Shown here piece after piece: positions 27,707 to 37,411 of a stretch of 64,000 nt of DNA. The translations under genes and the position numbers were made by a program. The notes under the pieces are model-generated. The model saw only the letters and a list, made by a program, of their open reading frames with translations. It was not told the origin of the DNA and made no database searches. This DNA is from Bacillales bacterium UBA4951. GTDB lineage: Bacteria > Bacillota_I > Bacilli_A > RFN20 > CAG-826. The number at the start of each line of letters is the position of its first letter. The first letter of the stretch is position 1. Where the stretch lies: positions 1,506 to 65,505 of the forward strand of contig DHAP01000034.1 of NCBI GenBank assembly GCA_002397465.1, read 5' to 3'.

Positions 27707-28979
27707 ATTCGCGTCGAGGAGACAACGCCTCGTCAACATGATGGACAACAATTCGGCCCTGGTGGTTTTTTCGGGGGTTGGTAAAGTCTCATCGGCTGAT
27801 GAGACATATCCATTTGAGGTCAATCGCAATTTTTATTATCTCACTGGCATCGAGCAAGAGGACAGCGCCCTCATGCTCGTCAATAGCGACGGCGAAATGA
27901 AAGAATTCCTCTTCATCTCCCCTTATGATGAAAGAAAAGAGAAGTGGTATGGGAAAAGGCTGACCACCCAAGAGGCCAATTTCATCAGCGGATGCAACAA
28001 CATCCTTTTGAACAACGCCCTCCCAGGCAAAGTCGATGGGGCTTTGAATCCCAACTACTATCAGTTCGGGGAGGTCAAAAAGATTTATCTCGATTTAGAT
28101 AGGGAAATCAAAATAGCCGATTCGACCTCCACCCACGAATACAAAGAGACCATCGAAGCGGCCTACAAAGGCGTTTTGGTCATGGATGCCTATCCTTTGA
28201 TCACCACTTTGAGGCTTAGGAAATCGGTCCGTGAGGTGGCTGAGCTCAGGAGCGCCATCCGCTCGACGCAGTTCGGCATCTCGGCCGTTTGGGCCGCCAT
28301 GCGCGAAGGCTGCAAAGAGTATGAGATGGCCGACTTGTTCCTTAAGACGATCAACGATGACTCCGGCTATCAGGGCCTTTCGTTCCCAACCATCATGGCC
28401 AGCGGAATCCATGGGGCCTGCCTCCATTACCCAACCCCGTTAGACACCATAAAGCCTGGGAGCCTTTTGCTTATGGACTTAGGGGCCAGATGCTCCTATT
28501 ACTGCGCGGACGTGACAAGAACCGTCCCAGTCAATGGCAAGTTCTCCTCATTTCAGAGAAACGTCTATGACATCGTCCTAGGATGCAACAAGATGGTGGC
28601 TGCCATGGCGAGGCCAGGCATCAGCATCAACGACCTCCAAAAAGCCACGGTCGAATATCTTTCGAGCGAATGCCTCGGCAAAGGACTCATCTCCAAAAAG
28701 GATGACATCATCAACTATTATTTCCATGGCGTCTCGCATTTCATCGGCTTGGACACCCACGACCCATATCTCAACCCTCTCAGCAAGGAATACAAAGACG
28801 TCCCTCTTGAGCCAGGCATGATAATCTCCGACGAACCTGGGCTTTATATGGCCGACAAAGGGATCGGAATCCGCATCGAGGACGATTTGCTCATCACTGA
28901 AAACGGATGTGAGGTTTTGACCAAAGACATCGTCAAAGACCCTGACGAGATTGAGAGAATCCTAGCTTCCAAACGTTAA
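27690..28979 (+). CDS. pepP: Xaa-Pro aminopeptidase (M24B)
   Basis: AMP_N-like N-terminal domain (NRNFYYLTGIEQE). Metal-ligand motifs are present: LMDLGA..YCADVTRT, HGVSHFIGLDTHD, EPGLY and GIRIEDD. Strong RBS (AAAGGAG). Confidence 0.85.
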   Translation: MIPANEFASRRQRLVNMMDNNSALVVFSGVGKVSSADETYPFEVNRNFYYLTGIEQEDSALMLVNSDGEMKEFLFISPYDERKEKWYGKRLTTQEANFISGCNNILLNNALPGKVDGALNPNYYQFGEVKKIYLDLDREIKIADSTSTHEYKETIEAAYKGVLVMDAYPLITTLRLRKSVREVAELRSAIRSTQFGISAVWAAMREGCKEYEMADLFLKTINDDSGYQGLSFPTIMASGIHGACLHYPTPLDTIKPGSLLLMDLGARCSYYCADVTRTVPVNGKFSSFQRNVYDIVLGCNKMVAAMARPGISINDLQKATVEYLSSECLGKGLISKKDDIINYYFHGVSHFIGLDTHDPYLNPLSKEYKDVPLEPGMIISDEPGLYMADKGIGIRIEDDLLITENGCEVLTKDIVKDPDEIERILASKR

Positions 28980-29144
28980 TTCAAACAGCAGATTTGCCTT
29001 AATATGTGAATATCTAAGAAAACGTTCTGGTTTTTTGTTGTTTTTTAAGGTGCAGACTATGTGGCCATGGTCTTCGGACTGAATTGCTTTACCATTGCCA
29101 ATTCCTTCTTTATTTAAAGGAGGAAAAACCTATAATCAAGAGGT

Positions 29145-30629
29145 ATGAAAAAGTATATCTTGGCCATCGACCAAGGCACGACTTCGACCCGTGCCATTTT
29201 GATTTCTCAGAAAGGCGAGGAGCTTTATAAGGCCCAGCGCCCAGTTGAATGCCTATTCCCCAAACCAGGTTGGGTTGAACAAGACCCCGACAAAATTTGG
29301 ATTTCAGTGGTGGACGTCGTTAACGAACTTCTGATCGTGAGCGGGGCCAGCATGGATGAGGTGGCCGGAATCGGCATCACCAATCAGCGTGAAACCACCG
29401 TCGTTTGGGACAAAAAGAGCGGCAAGGCAATCTATAACGCTATCGTCTGGCAAAGCAAAGAGACCCAAAAGGTCTGCGAACGTTATGAGAAAAAGATTCC
29501 GATGATCGCCAAAAAGACCGGCCTTCGCCTCAACCCTTATTTCTCGGCCTCCAAGATTCGTTTCATCTTGGAAAAAGTCAGGGGAGCCGAGAAAAAAGCC
29601 AAAGACGGAGAACTTAGCTTCGGGACCATCGACAGCTGGCTTATCTATAAGATGACAGGCGGCAAGAACCATTTCACCGACGTCAGCAACGCCTCAAGGA
29701 CCATGCTCTATAACATCTTCGAGATGAAGTGGGACAAAGAACTGTGCGATATGTGGAATATCGACATGAGCATGCTTCCGGAAGTCAAAGACAACGCCGC
29801 CGACTATGGCGAGGCCTCTTTCTTCAGCGGGCACGTCCATATATATGGCGTCGCCGGCGATCAGCAGGCCGCCCTCTTCGGACAGTGCTGCTACCATGAA
29901 GGCGACAGCAAGAACACCTACGGAACCGGATGCTTCATGCTCATGAACACCGGGAATAAGCCGATTATCTCCAAAAACGGCTTATTGACCACGGTCGGCT
30001 GGAGGCTCGACGGCGAGACCACTTACGCCCTAGAAGGGTCTGTCTTCATCGGCGGGGCCATCGTCCAATGGCTCAGAGACGAGATGGATTGGATCAAAAA
30101 CAGCGCCGATTCATCCATATACGCCGAAAGAAAGCCTGACACAGCCGGCGTTTATGTCGTTCCGGCCTTCGTGGGCTTAGGAACCCCATACTGGGATGAT
30201 GACGCGAGAGGCGCCATCTTCGGCCTAACAAGAGGCGCTGACCGTCACAACATCACGAGGGCGGCCCTTTATTCAATCGCCTATCAATCGAAGGACGTCA
30301 TCGACACGATGAAAAAAGACGCCAAGATGGAACTGCCGGTTTTGCGTGTCGATGGCGGGGCTTCCGCCAACGATTTGCTGATGCAATTCCAGAGCGACAT
30401 CCTCCAGACGGAAGTCCGTCTTCCTAAATGCATCGAGACCACGGCCCTAGGCGCCGGATACTTTGCCGGACTTGGCTGCGGATTCTGGAAAAACAAGCAC
30501 GAAATCGAACTAAATCACGCTTTCGCCAAGCGTTTTTATCCGAATATGAGCCCGCAGGAAGCCAAAAAACTATATAAGGGCTGGAAGGTCGCAGTCGCGG
30601 CTACGAGAGTTTTTAAAATCCCATCCTAA
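29145..30629 (+). CDS. glpK: Glycerol kinase
   Basis: N-terminal YILAIDQGTTSTRAIL, plus GITNQRETTVVWD and FGLTRG motifs. The length is family-typical (494 aa). Confidence 0.95.
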   Translation: MKKYILAIDQGTTSTRAILISQKGEELYKAQRPVECLFPKPGWVEQDPDKIWISVVDVVNELLIVSGASMDEVAGIGITNQRETTVVWDKKSGKAIYNAIVWQSKETQKVCERYEKKIPMIAKKTGLRLNPYFSASKIRFILEKVRGAEKKAKDGELSFGTIDSWLIYKMTGGKNHFTDVSNASRTMLYNIFEMKWDKELCDMWNIDMSMLPEVKDNAADYGEASFFSGHVHIYGVAGDQQAALFGQCCYHEGDSKNTYGTGCFMLMNTGNKPIISKNGLLTTVGWRLDGETTYALEGSVFIGGAIVQWLRDEMDWIKNSADSSIYAERKPDTAGVYVVPAFVGLGTPYWDDDARGAIFGLTRGADRHNITRAALYSIAYQSKDVIDTMKKDAKMELPVLRVDGGASANDLLMQFQSDILQTEVRLPKCIETTALGAGYFAGLGCGFWKNKHEIELNHAFAKRFYPNMSPQEAKKLYKGWKVAVAATRVFKIPS

Positions 30630-30673
30630 AAAGCAATGACGGGGCTTTCTTTTCCGACTAAGATAGTAGTGGC

Positions 30674-33076
30674 ATGAACGAGAAATACCGCATCTATTCC
30701 AATAGCGTCGTGATCGCCCCAAAAATCCTTCATGATCATTATCTTTCCATAAAACGGGAAGAGCCTCTTTTAAGGATGCGTTTATTCTCGCTTGAAGAAG
30801 TTGAGTCTCTTTTCAACTATTCATACGACGATAGGGCCAAGATATTCCTTCTTAAAAAAGGATACGGATACGAGGAAAGCCTCGATATTCTTTCTTGTGC
30901 TTCTTATATGAGAGAAGATAGGGAATATGTTCTTCCACGCCTAAAAAAACTCGTCCCTTTATTCAAGGAATTGAGGCAGGAGAACCTTCTTTACCGTTTC
31001 GAAGGATCCGAAAGGCTTTTCGCCAACCAAAGCATCCTTATCGACTCATACCATGATGGGGCAAGGATCTCGAGGGCCTTTGAGGGCCTTTCCAATCTTG
31101 CGATGGGCTACATCGTCCATTATGACGACAAACCCTTTCCTGACGTCTGCGTCTTCAAAGACACCTATGAGGAACTTCACTATGTTTATAACCGCATCGC
31201 CGATGATTTGGCGAGCGGAACTTCTATCGATGATATCTATGTTTTGGGCCTAAACGGCGATTACGACGCCTTGATTCATGAGTTCAACAAACACTTCGGT
31301 TTCTCCATCGAAGAATCATTCGATTTGCGGCTTTTTGATAGGCCGATTTATCATCTGTTCCAGAAGAGTTACCTCGAAGGAAAAGAGGACGAGTTTTTTC
31401 TAGACGAAGCTAATGCCAAAGACCCTGATTACGCCTCATTAAGAAAGATGTTCCTCCGTTATGGGACGCTTTTTGATGAGCGAAAGAAAAACATCTCGCT
31501 TCTCGACGATATCTCAAAAACCATAAGAGCGGCTTCTCCGCGACGCTCAAACATCGCAAGAAGGCTGAATTCGGCGGTGGCGCCTAGCGGTTCACATGTC
31601 TATATCCTCAATTTCTCAATGGGAGTTTTCCCATCTCTTGCTGCCGAGGACCCTTATATCCACGAAGATGGGTGTCATGAATTAGGCAAACCTGCCAAGA
31701 GCGAAATCGATGAAGAGAGGAAGGCAGAGATCAACCATTTGCTTTCCAGCGGTCTCGTCAAATCCGTGAGCTTCAAGAGCAAAGGAAACGGCAATATCTA
31801 TTTCCCTTCCGGCCTCGTCAACGTTTTGAAGATGAATACCGTGGAGAACCCGTCTCTTCCCTACGAATACTCCGATGGCGAAGGAAAGTTCCTGGAGGCC
31901 GATCTCTTAGATTGGAAGACGAATTTCCTCTATGTCGACCCACGGCTTCCCTCTTTGGAGAAGAGCAGGCCTGTCGAAGGGTATCGCTCATTCGACTATC
32001 GTTACAAACAGTTTGCTTCCTTTGAGAAAAAGAGCAAATTCTCCTTCTCGTTCACAGGCCTCGACCAATATTATTCATGCCCATTCTCCTATTACGTCCA
32101 AAGGGTGGCCGGCATCAAAGATTTTGAGACCACTTTCAACCTTCGCATCGGAAACATCTTCCATAAGGTGATGGAACTTCATTATGAGAGCAATGGTTCT
32201 GATTTTCTTTCTTCGTGGGAAGAGGCTCTGAAAGAGGAAAATGAAAACGGCGAGTTCACGAACGAAGAGAAACTCCTGCTTGAGTCCTTGAAATGTGAAT
32301 GTTCACGGGTCGTTTCCTTCTATGATGAGCGCGATTCGATGATCGTTAACCCTTCCGTCAGCGTCGAAAAAACCTTTTCCCTTCCAATCGAAGGGGTCGA
32401 TAACCTCACCATCGATGGCAAATACGACAAGATAGTGAGCTTTGGCCCGCGCCAAGAGAACTTCATAATCCTCGACTACAAGACCGGCGCGGCCCGCTTC
32501 AGTGAGTCCTTAGTCCAATATGGCCTCTCGCTTCAGCTTCCGATCTATGCACTTTATGCCAAAAAAGACCAAGAACTCAGCGACAAGACCATGGTTGGGA
32601 TGTTCATCGCCCCGATTCTTGACGGGAGCCTTTACCAGAGCAAGCAGGACGCCAACAAGAATTTTGATGATATGAAGAAAGCCTCATATAAACTTGATGG
32701 GCTTTTCTTAAACGACGTCGATAAACTCCGTCAATTAGACCCATATTGCGACAAATCATCATTAATCGTGAGCCTGTCAATCAACAAAGACGGTTTTTTC
32801 AAAGCGAACTGCGCGAAAGTCAAAACAAGCGAGGATTTCGCATCTTTGTCTGCCGCCGCCGAAACAAAAGTGGTGGAGGCCGCAAAAAAGATCTTGAATG
32901 GCGATTTCCCAATCGAGCCTTTAAAGACCGATAAGAAAGGACTTCCGTGCGATCATTGCGCTTACCGCGATATTTGTTACCGTGATGATGAGGCAATCAA
33001 ATACATAAGCAAGAAGAAAGATGACGACGAGGAAGATGATGACGACGACAGCGAGGAGGCCGATGATGGGAGATAG
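30674..33076 (+). CDS. addB: AddB/RexB-type helicase-nuclease subunit B (reduced, 800 aa)
   Basis: C-terminal PD-(D/E)XK nuclease (IDGKYDKIV...ILDYKTG). Iron-sulfur cysteines are present (YYSCPFSYY ... CDHCAYRDIC). It lies immediately upstream of and overlaps addA. No N-terminal Walker A was seen. Confidence 0.75.
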   Translation: MNEKYRIYSNSVVIAPKILHDHYLSIKREEPLLRMRLFSLEEVESLFNYSYDDRAKIFLLKKGYGYEESLDILSCASYMREDREYVLPRLKKLVPLFKELRQENLLYRFEGSERLFANQSILIDSYHDGARISRAFEGLSNLAMGYIVHYDDKPFPDVCVFKDTYEELHYVYNRIADDLASGTSIDDIYVLGLNGDYDALIHEFNKHFGFSIEESFDLRLFDRPIYHLFQKSYLEGKEDEFFLDEANAKDPDYASLRKMFLRYGTLFDERKKNISLLDDISKTIRAASPRRSNIARRLNSAVAPSGSHVYILNFSMGVFPSLAAEDPYIHEDGCHELGKPAKSEIDEERKAEINHLLSSGLVKSVSFKSKGNGNIYFPSGLVNVLKMNTVENPSLPYEYSDGEGKFLEADLLDWKTNFLYVDPRLPSLEKSRPVEGYRSFDYRYKQFASFEKKSKFSFSFTGLDQYYSCPFSYYVQRVAGIKDFETTFNLRIGNIFHKVMELHYESNGSDFLSSWEEALKEENENGEFTNEEKLLLESLKCECSRVVSFYDERDSMIVNPSVSVEKTFSLPIEGVDNLTIDGKYDKIVSFGPRQENFIILDYKTGAARFSESLVQYGLSLQLPIYALYAKKDQELSDKTMVGMFIAPILDGSLYQSKQDANKNFDDMKKASYKLDGLFLNDVDKLRQLDPYCDKSSLIVSLSINKDGFFKANCAKVKTSEDFASLSAAAETKVVEAAKKILNGDFPIEPLKTDKKGLPCDHCAYRDICYRDDEAIKYISKKKDDDEEDDDDDSEEADDGR

Positions 33077-36000
33077 AGAATGGACGAAAGCCCAATTAGA
33101 GGCTATCAACGCGAATGAAGGGGAATACCTCGTCTCAGCTGGCGCCGGCAGCGGCAAGACCGCCGTTTTGACTGAACGAATCAAACGTCTTGTCGTCGAG
33201 AAAAACGTCCCTGTCTCCTCTTTGCTAGTCCTCACTTTCACAAACAAAGCCGCCCGTGAGATGAAACAAAGGGTCCAAAAGGCCTTCATAAAAGAAGGAA
33301 GGTTCAGCCTCTCGGACGAATGCGAAAGCGCCGACATCACAACCTTTGACTCCTTCAACCTTAAACTCGTCAAAAAATACCATTACGAGCTTGGGATATC
33401 AGGTGATATAGGCATCATCGACGAATCGGAATGCACTCTTCTCAAGAATCGCCTTTTCGATGAAATAATCGACGAAAAAGCCAAAGCTGGCGACGTTTCT
33501 CTGATTAATTTGTTTAAGCATTACGCCCTTAAGGACGATGGCGCCATCCGTTCCATGGTCATGGACATATTGGACAAAGCCGACTTGGTCGATGATAGAA
33601 AAGCCTTCCTATCATCCGATGAGCGGTATTTTTCCAAAGCCTTCATCGATGAGAGGTTTGACAAACTTTATCAGCACGCCCACGAAAGGCTCATCTTTCT
33701 TAGCTCAATCGCCTCGTCTTATGAGAATCCGGATTTGGCCGACATCGATAACATGTTCATCGAGCCACTGGTGAACGCGAAAGACTACGACTCATTGAGC
33801 GCTTTGCTAGCTAGTTCATCTTATCCAACGCTAAAACGAGGGACGAAAGATAATCCCAACAGCAACCATGACAAAGCCTTTCACAAAGCCTTGGCGGGTT
33901 ATTTCAAAGGCATAAAATCACTGGTCAGTGAATCTCGTTCTGACGGAGAGAAGAAAATCACGGACACGAAACCCTATGCCGATGAGTTTCTCTCTTTGGC
34001 GAGAGAACTAGACTCCAGGCTTGCGGAATTCGAAAGGAAATACGGGGTCTATGCATTCGGAGACATCGCCGCCTTCGCGAGGAAATGCACTGAGAACCCC
34101 GATATCCAAAAAGAACTTAAAAAGCAATATTCATATGTGATGGTCGATGAATTCCAGGACACCAGCGATTTGCAGATCGCTCTATTAAGCAATATCTCCA
34201 ATGGCAATTTCTTTGCAGTCGGGGATATAAAGCAGTGCATTTACGCTTTCCGAAACGCCAATCCGGCCCTTTTCCTTTCCTTCCTTGAGAGATATCGGAA
34301 AGGGGAGGGGCACCTCATCATTCTCAAAGACAATTTCCGCTCCACGGAAGAGGTGATCGGGGACATCAACTCTCTTTTCAAAAGCATCATGAGTAAAGAG
34401 CTTGGAGGGGTAACTTACGATGAGAGCCAAGAGTTGGCCTATGGCAACGCAAAACTCTATTCCAGCGTCCAACTCGATGCCGGGCACCTCGAGACCCTTT
34501 CCTATGTCAAAGACGAGGACATGAATCAAGCCGAATGCGAAGCCAAAATCATCGCCGCCGACATCTCAAAAAAACTCTCTGACCATTTTCAGGTCGTCGC
34601 TTCAGAAGGCGTCTTAAGAGATGCCAAACCATCCGACTTTGCCATCCTTATCTCCAGAAAATCGAATTTCAACGTCTTCCAAAAGGAACTCGGGGCTGCC
34701 AAGATCCCGGTTTCGGCCACTGAGACGAAGGATCTTTCAAGCGAGGATATCAGCCGTCTCCTCTTGTCGTTTTTGAGATTGTCAAAAGCCATCGACGTCG
34801 ACGAAGTCGGCATGAAACACTGCTACATGTCGATAATGAGAAGCTACCTCTACGAGAAAGACGACGAGACGATCTACAAAGACATAGTCTCCGGAGCCTA
34901 TAAGGACTCTGAGTTATTTAGGAAAATCAGGGATGACAAAGCCAAGCTTTTCCATGGCTCCTGCTATGAAGGGGTCTCATATTTTCTGGATAACTTCCCA
35001 TTCGTCGAGAGACTCTACGCCCTTGGGAACCTCAAAGACAATTTCGAGAAAATATCATCATTCCTTTCGGAAGGCAAAAAAGAAGACAAACTCGGCAAAA
35101 GCTACGAAGAGTTCATCGAGCATTTCTCTTTGTTGAAGCATTACGACGAGAGTCTGAAGATCCCATCTCCCAGCGATGATGGGAACTCCGTCCACCTCAT
35201 GAGCATCCATGCCTCCAAGGGCCTTCAGTTTGGAATCGTATATTGCCCAGACCTTGACCAAAAACCCAAAAAAGGGAAAGAAGCCGCTTTGTCGTTGGAC
35301 CTCAAAAACGGTTTTCTCATTCCGAGGACTTACGGGGATGGCAACCCATATTCGGCCCTTCATGTTTTGTCTTCTTTGGAAAACGATGAGAAAACCATCT
35401 CAGAAAAAGCCCGTCTTTACTACGTATGCCTAACCAGGGCCGAAGAAAAACTCATCCTCGTAAAAAGAGAAAAGCCAGGAGTGAATTATTCAAATCTCCC
35501 GGGAAGCAAGGTTTTGTCGAGCAAAGAAACAATCGATAAGGATGGCAAGGAGGGCCTGACGATGTCGATCCATTCGCCTAGCTCCTTCTTTGAGTTCAAC
35601 CTTTTGGCCAGTGGCTTCGACTTCGAGGAAAAAGGAACCCAAGTGGTCGACCCGCCAGTCTATGTGGCCGGGACGGAGAGCAAAAAACTCATCGAGGCCC
35701 CCGAACTTAAAAAGATTTCCATTCTTCCAAAGGACAATCCTTTTGAAAGAGCCTCCAAACTCGATGTCGGGTTGGCGGATGAGGGGGCCTTATATCGAGG
35801 CAATCTTCTTCACCATTATCTCGAAGTGACTGATTTAAAAAGCAAGGACGTCAGCTTTATCAGCTCGGAAAAAGACAGGGAAATCATCGCAAAAGTCCTT
35901 TCTTTGCCAATATTCCAGAATCTTGGGAACGCTTCGACGTTCAAGGAAGAGGCCTTCTATGATGAGGATAAATCCATCCATGGAGTCATCGACCTTTTGA

Positions 36001-36173
36001 TCGTGAGGGACGATTCTTGCGAAGTCATCGACTACAAGAGCAAGGACATCGATGACCCGTCTTATAAGAAACAGCTTGGCATTTATAAGTCATATGTCGA
36101 AAAAGTTTATAAGCGAAACTGTCGAACTTATCTACTTTCTATCCTCGACGCGACAATAAAAGAGGTAGAATGA
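33063..36173 (+). CDS. addA: AddA/RexA-type ATP-dependent helicase-nuclease subunit A
   Basis: UvrD-type motifs AGAGSGKTAVL and VMVDEFQDTS. The C-terminal RecB-family nuclease reads GVIDLLIV...EVIDYKSK. The start is set at MMGDREW (ATG at 33063). Confidence 0.9.
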   Translation: MMGDREWTKAQLEAINANEGEYLVSAGAGSGKTAVLTERIKRLVVEKNVPVSSLLVLTFTNKAAREMKQRVQKAFIKEGRFSLSDECESADITTFDSFNLKLVKKYHYELGISGDIGIIDESECTLLKNRLFDEIIDEKAKAGDVSLINLFKHYALKDDGAIRSMVMDILDKADLVDDRKAFLSSDERYFSKAFIDERFDKLYQHAHERLIFLSSIASSYENPDLADIDNMFIEPLVNAKDYDSLSALLASSSYPTLKRGTKDNPNSNHDKAFHKALAGYFKGIKSLVSESRSDGEKKITDTKPYADEFLSLARELDSRLAEFERKYGVYAFGDIAAFARKCTENPDIQKELKKQYSYVMVDEFQDTSDLQIALLSNISNGNFFAVGDIKQCIYAFRNANPALFLSFLERYRKGEGHLIILKDNFRSTEEVIGDINSLFKSIMSKELGGVTYDESQELAYGNAKLYSSVQLDAGHLETLSYVKDEDMNQAECEAKIIAADISKKLSDHFQVVASEGVLRDAKPSDFAILISRKSNFNVFQKELGAAKIPVSATETKDLSSEDISRLLLSFLRLSKAIDVDEVGMKHCYMSIMRSYLYEKDDETIYKDIVSGAYKDSELFRKIRDDKAKLFHGSCYEGVSYFLDNFPFVERLYALGNLKDNFEKISSFLSEGKKEDKLGKSYEEFIEHFSLLKHYDESLKIPSPSDDGNSVHLMSIHASKGLQFGIVYCPDLDQKPKKGKEAALSLDLKNGFLIPRTYGDGNPYSALHVLSSLENDEKTISEKARLYYVCLTRAEEKLILVKREKPGVNYSNLPGSKVLSSKETIDKDGKEGLTMSIHSPSSFFEFNLLASGFDFEEKGTQVVDPPVYVAGTESKKLIEAPELKKISILPKDNPFERASKLDVGLADEGALYRGNLLHHYLEVTDLKSKDVSFISSEKDREIIAKVLSLPIFQNLGNASTFKEEAFYDEDKSIHGVIDLLIVRDDSCEVIDYKSKDIDDPSYKKQLGIYKSYVEKVYKRNCRTYLLSILDATIKEVE

Positions 36174-36176
36174 GTC

Positions 36177-37343
36177 ATGGCAAACGCACCATTGCCCCGT
36201 GAGCAGTTTGAGGCTCTCTTAAACGAGTTGAGCATCAGCAAGAGCATCAACCGTGATTTCATATACCAATGTTACGTGGACGCGAATGAGGGAAGCGACA
36301 GCCTCAAAGAGAACTCGCCAGTCATCGCAAGGATGGGCCTTAACCCAATTCAGCTGATCCTCTATATCATAAACGAAGAGCAGTTTTATCTTTTTACCCA
36401 CCCGAATGTCAAAGAAGACGACCTTCCAAAAAACGAGAACTATGAGAGGCTTCTAGTCTCCATCGCCTTGGACAAGTATTACACCAATGAGCATTTGGCC
36501 TATAACTCCGGGTCTTTCGCTTCGCGCTTCATCCCAGAAATATCGACTTTGAGCCTTTATCTAAATTTCATCCTGGGGATGCTCAACCGTTATAAGCGGG
36601 GGGACCCCAAAGAAACCCTTTTGGTGGATGTCATGCAAAAAGGATTCTCGATGGCCAAATGCATCATCGACCTTTTGACGAACGGCTTTGAAACCGAGGC
36701 TTTCTCGACTTGGAGGACCCTCCATGAGAACGAATGCATCCTTCAGGTCCTCGTGAAATATGGTCAGCCCGTCATCGATTCCTATCTGAAACACCTTCGT
36801 TATGCCTTGGCCTTCAGAGGGGCTTTGGGTAGCAAAGAAGAGACCGACAAATGCTTTGAGGAGATCAAGTCAGGCATGAGGTCCATCGACCTCAAGAGCA
36901 AAGACATGAAACGCTACATCGAGTATGGCTGGCTTCTAGGCATCAAAGATGTCATGTCGATGGAAGGCTTCAAATTCAATTTCCGCGATGGCGTCGAAAG
37001 ATGCGCCGGACTTCGCGATTATTCAAAGGTCTACGAGATGAGCTCGGAAATAGCCCACTCTTCGCCCTTGCTCATCTATTCAAGAAAGAACTATTTCTAT
37101 CTTGTCACCTTGCTCAATCTTTATGAATCGTTCTTCCGACTCGAGAAGATATTCTCATCTTTGTATCTTTCGACGGCCAATGAGAACGACCGCAACCAAT
37201 ACCTTGCCATGCGAAAGCTTTATTTCGGGGAACTTCTAGCTTGCTATGACCTTCTGAAGAAACGCTTCGTGGAACTGACTCATTCTGGAAAAGCCGAGGA
37301 TCTTCCGCCCAAAGAAACCATCGCTGAAGATAGCGAAGACTAA
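36177..37343 (+). CDS. Hypothetical all-alpha protein tightly coupled to addAB
   Basis: 388-aa ORF starting 4 nt after the addA stop. No confident family. The central GFETEAFSTWRTLHENECILQ weakly recalls DUF5677/HEPN-like helical domains. Confidence 0.6.
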   Translation: MANAPLPREQFEALLNELSISKSINRDFIYQCYVDANEGSDSLKENSPVIARMGLNPIQLILYIINEEQFYLFTHPNVKEDDLPKNENYERLLVSIALDKYYTNEHLAYNSGSFASRFIPEISTLSLYLNFILGMLNRYKRGDPKETLLVDVMQKGFSMAKCIIDLLTNGFETEAFSTWRTLHENECILQVLVKYGQPVIDSYLKHLRYALAFRGALGSKEETDKCFEEIKSGMRSIDLKSKDMKRYIEYGWLLGIKDVMSMEGFKFNFRDGVERCAGLRDYSKVYEMSSEIAHSSPLLIYSRKNYFYLVTLLNLYESFFRLEKIFSSLYLSTANENDRNQYLAMRKLYFGELLACYDLLKKRFVELTHSGKAEDLPPKETIAEDSED

Positions 37344-37350
37344 AAAGACA

Positions 37351-37401
37351 AAAAGAAAAACCAGGTCTCGGACAAAGGTTCCGTAACACCTGGTCTTTCT
37401 T
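37351..37401. terminator. Putative bidirectional terminator between convergent genes
   Basis: accaggt...acctggt stem (37360-37394) with an inner cgga/tccg stem. An A-rich run precedes it and tctttctt follows. Confidence 0.4.
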
Positions 37402-37411
37402 ACGGTAGAGT

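Noticed and set aside
33021-33062. Upstream ATG for addA (MTTRKMMTTTARRP...)
   Set aside because: This segment is the out-of-frame image of the acidic tail of AddB. The conserved AddA N-terminus (REWTKAQLEAI) is best served by the ATG at 33063.
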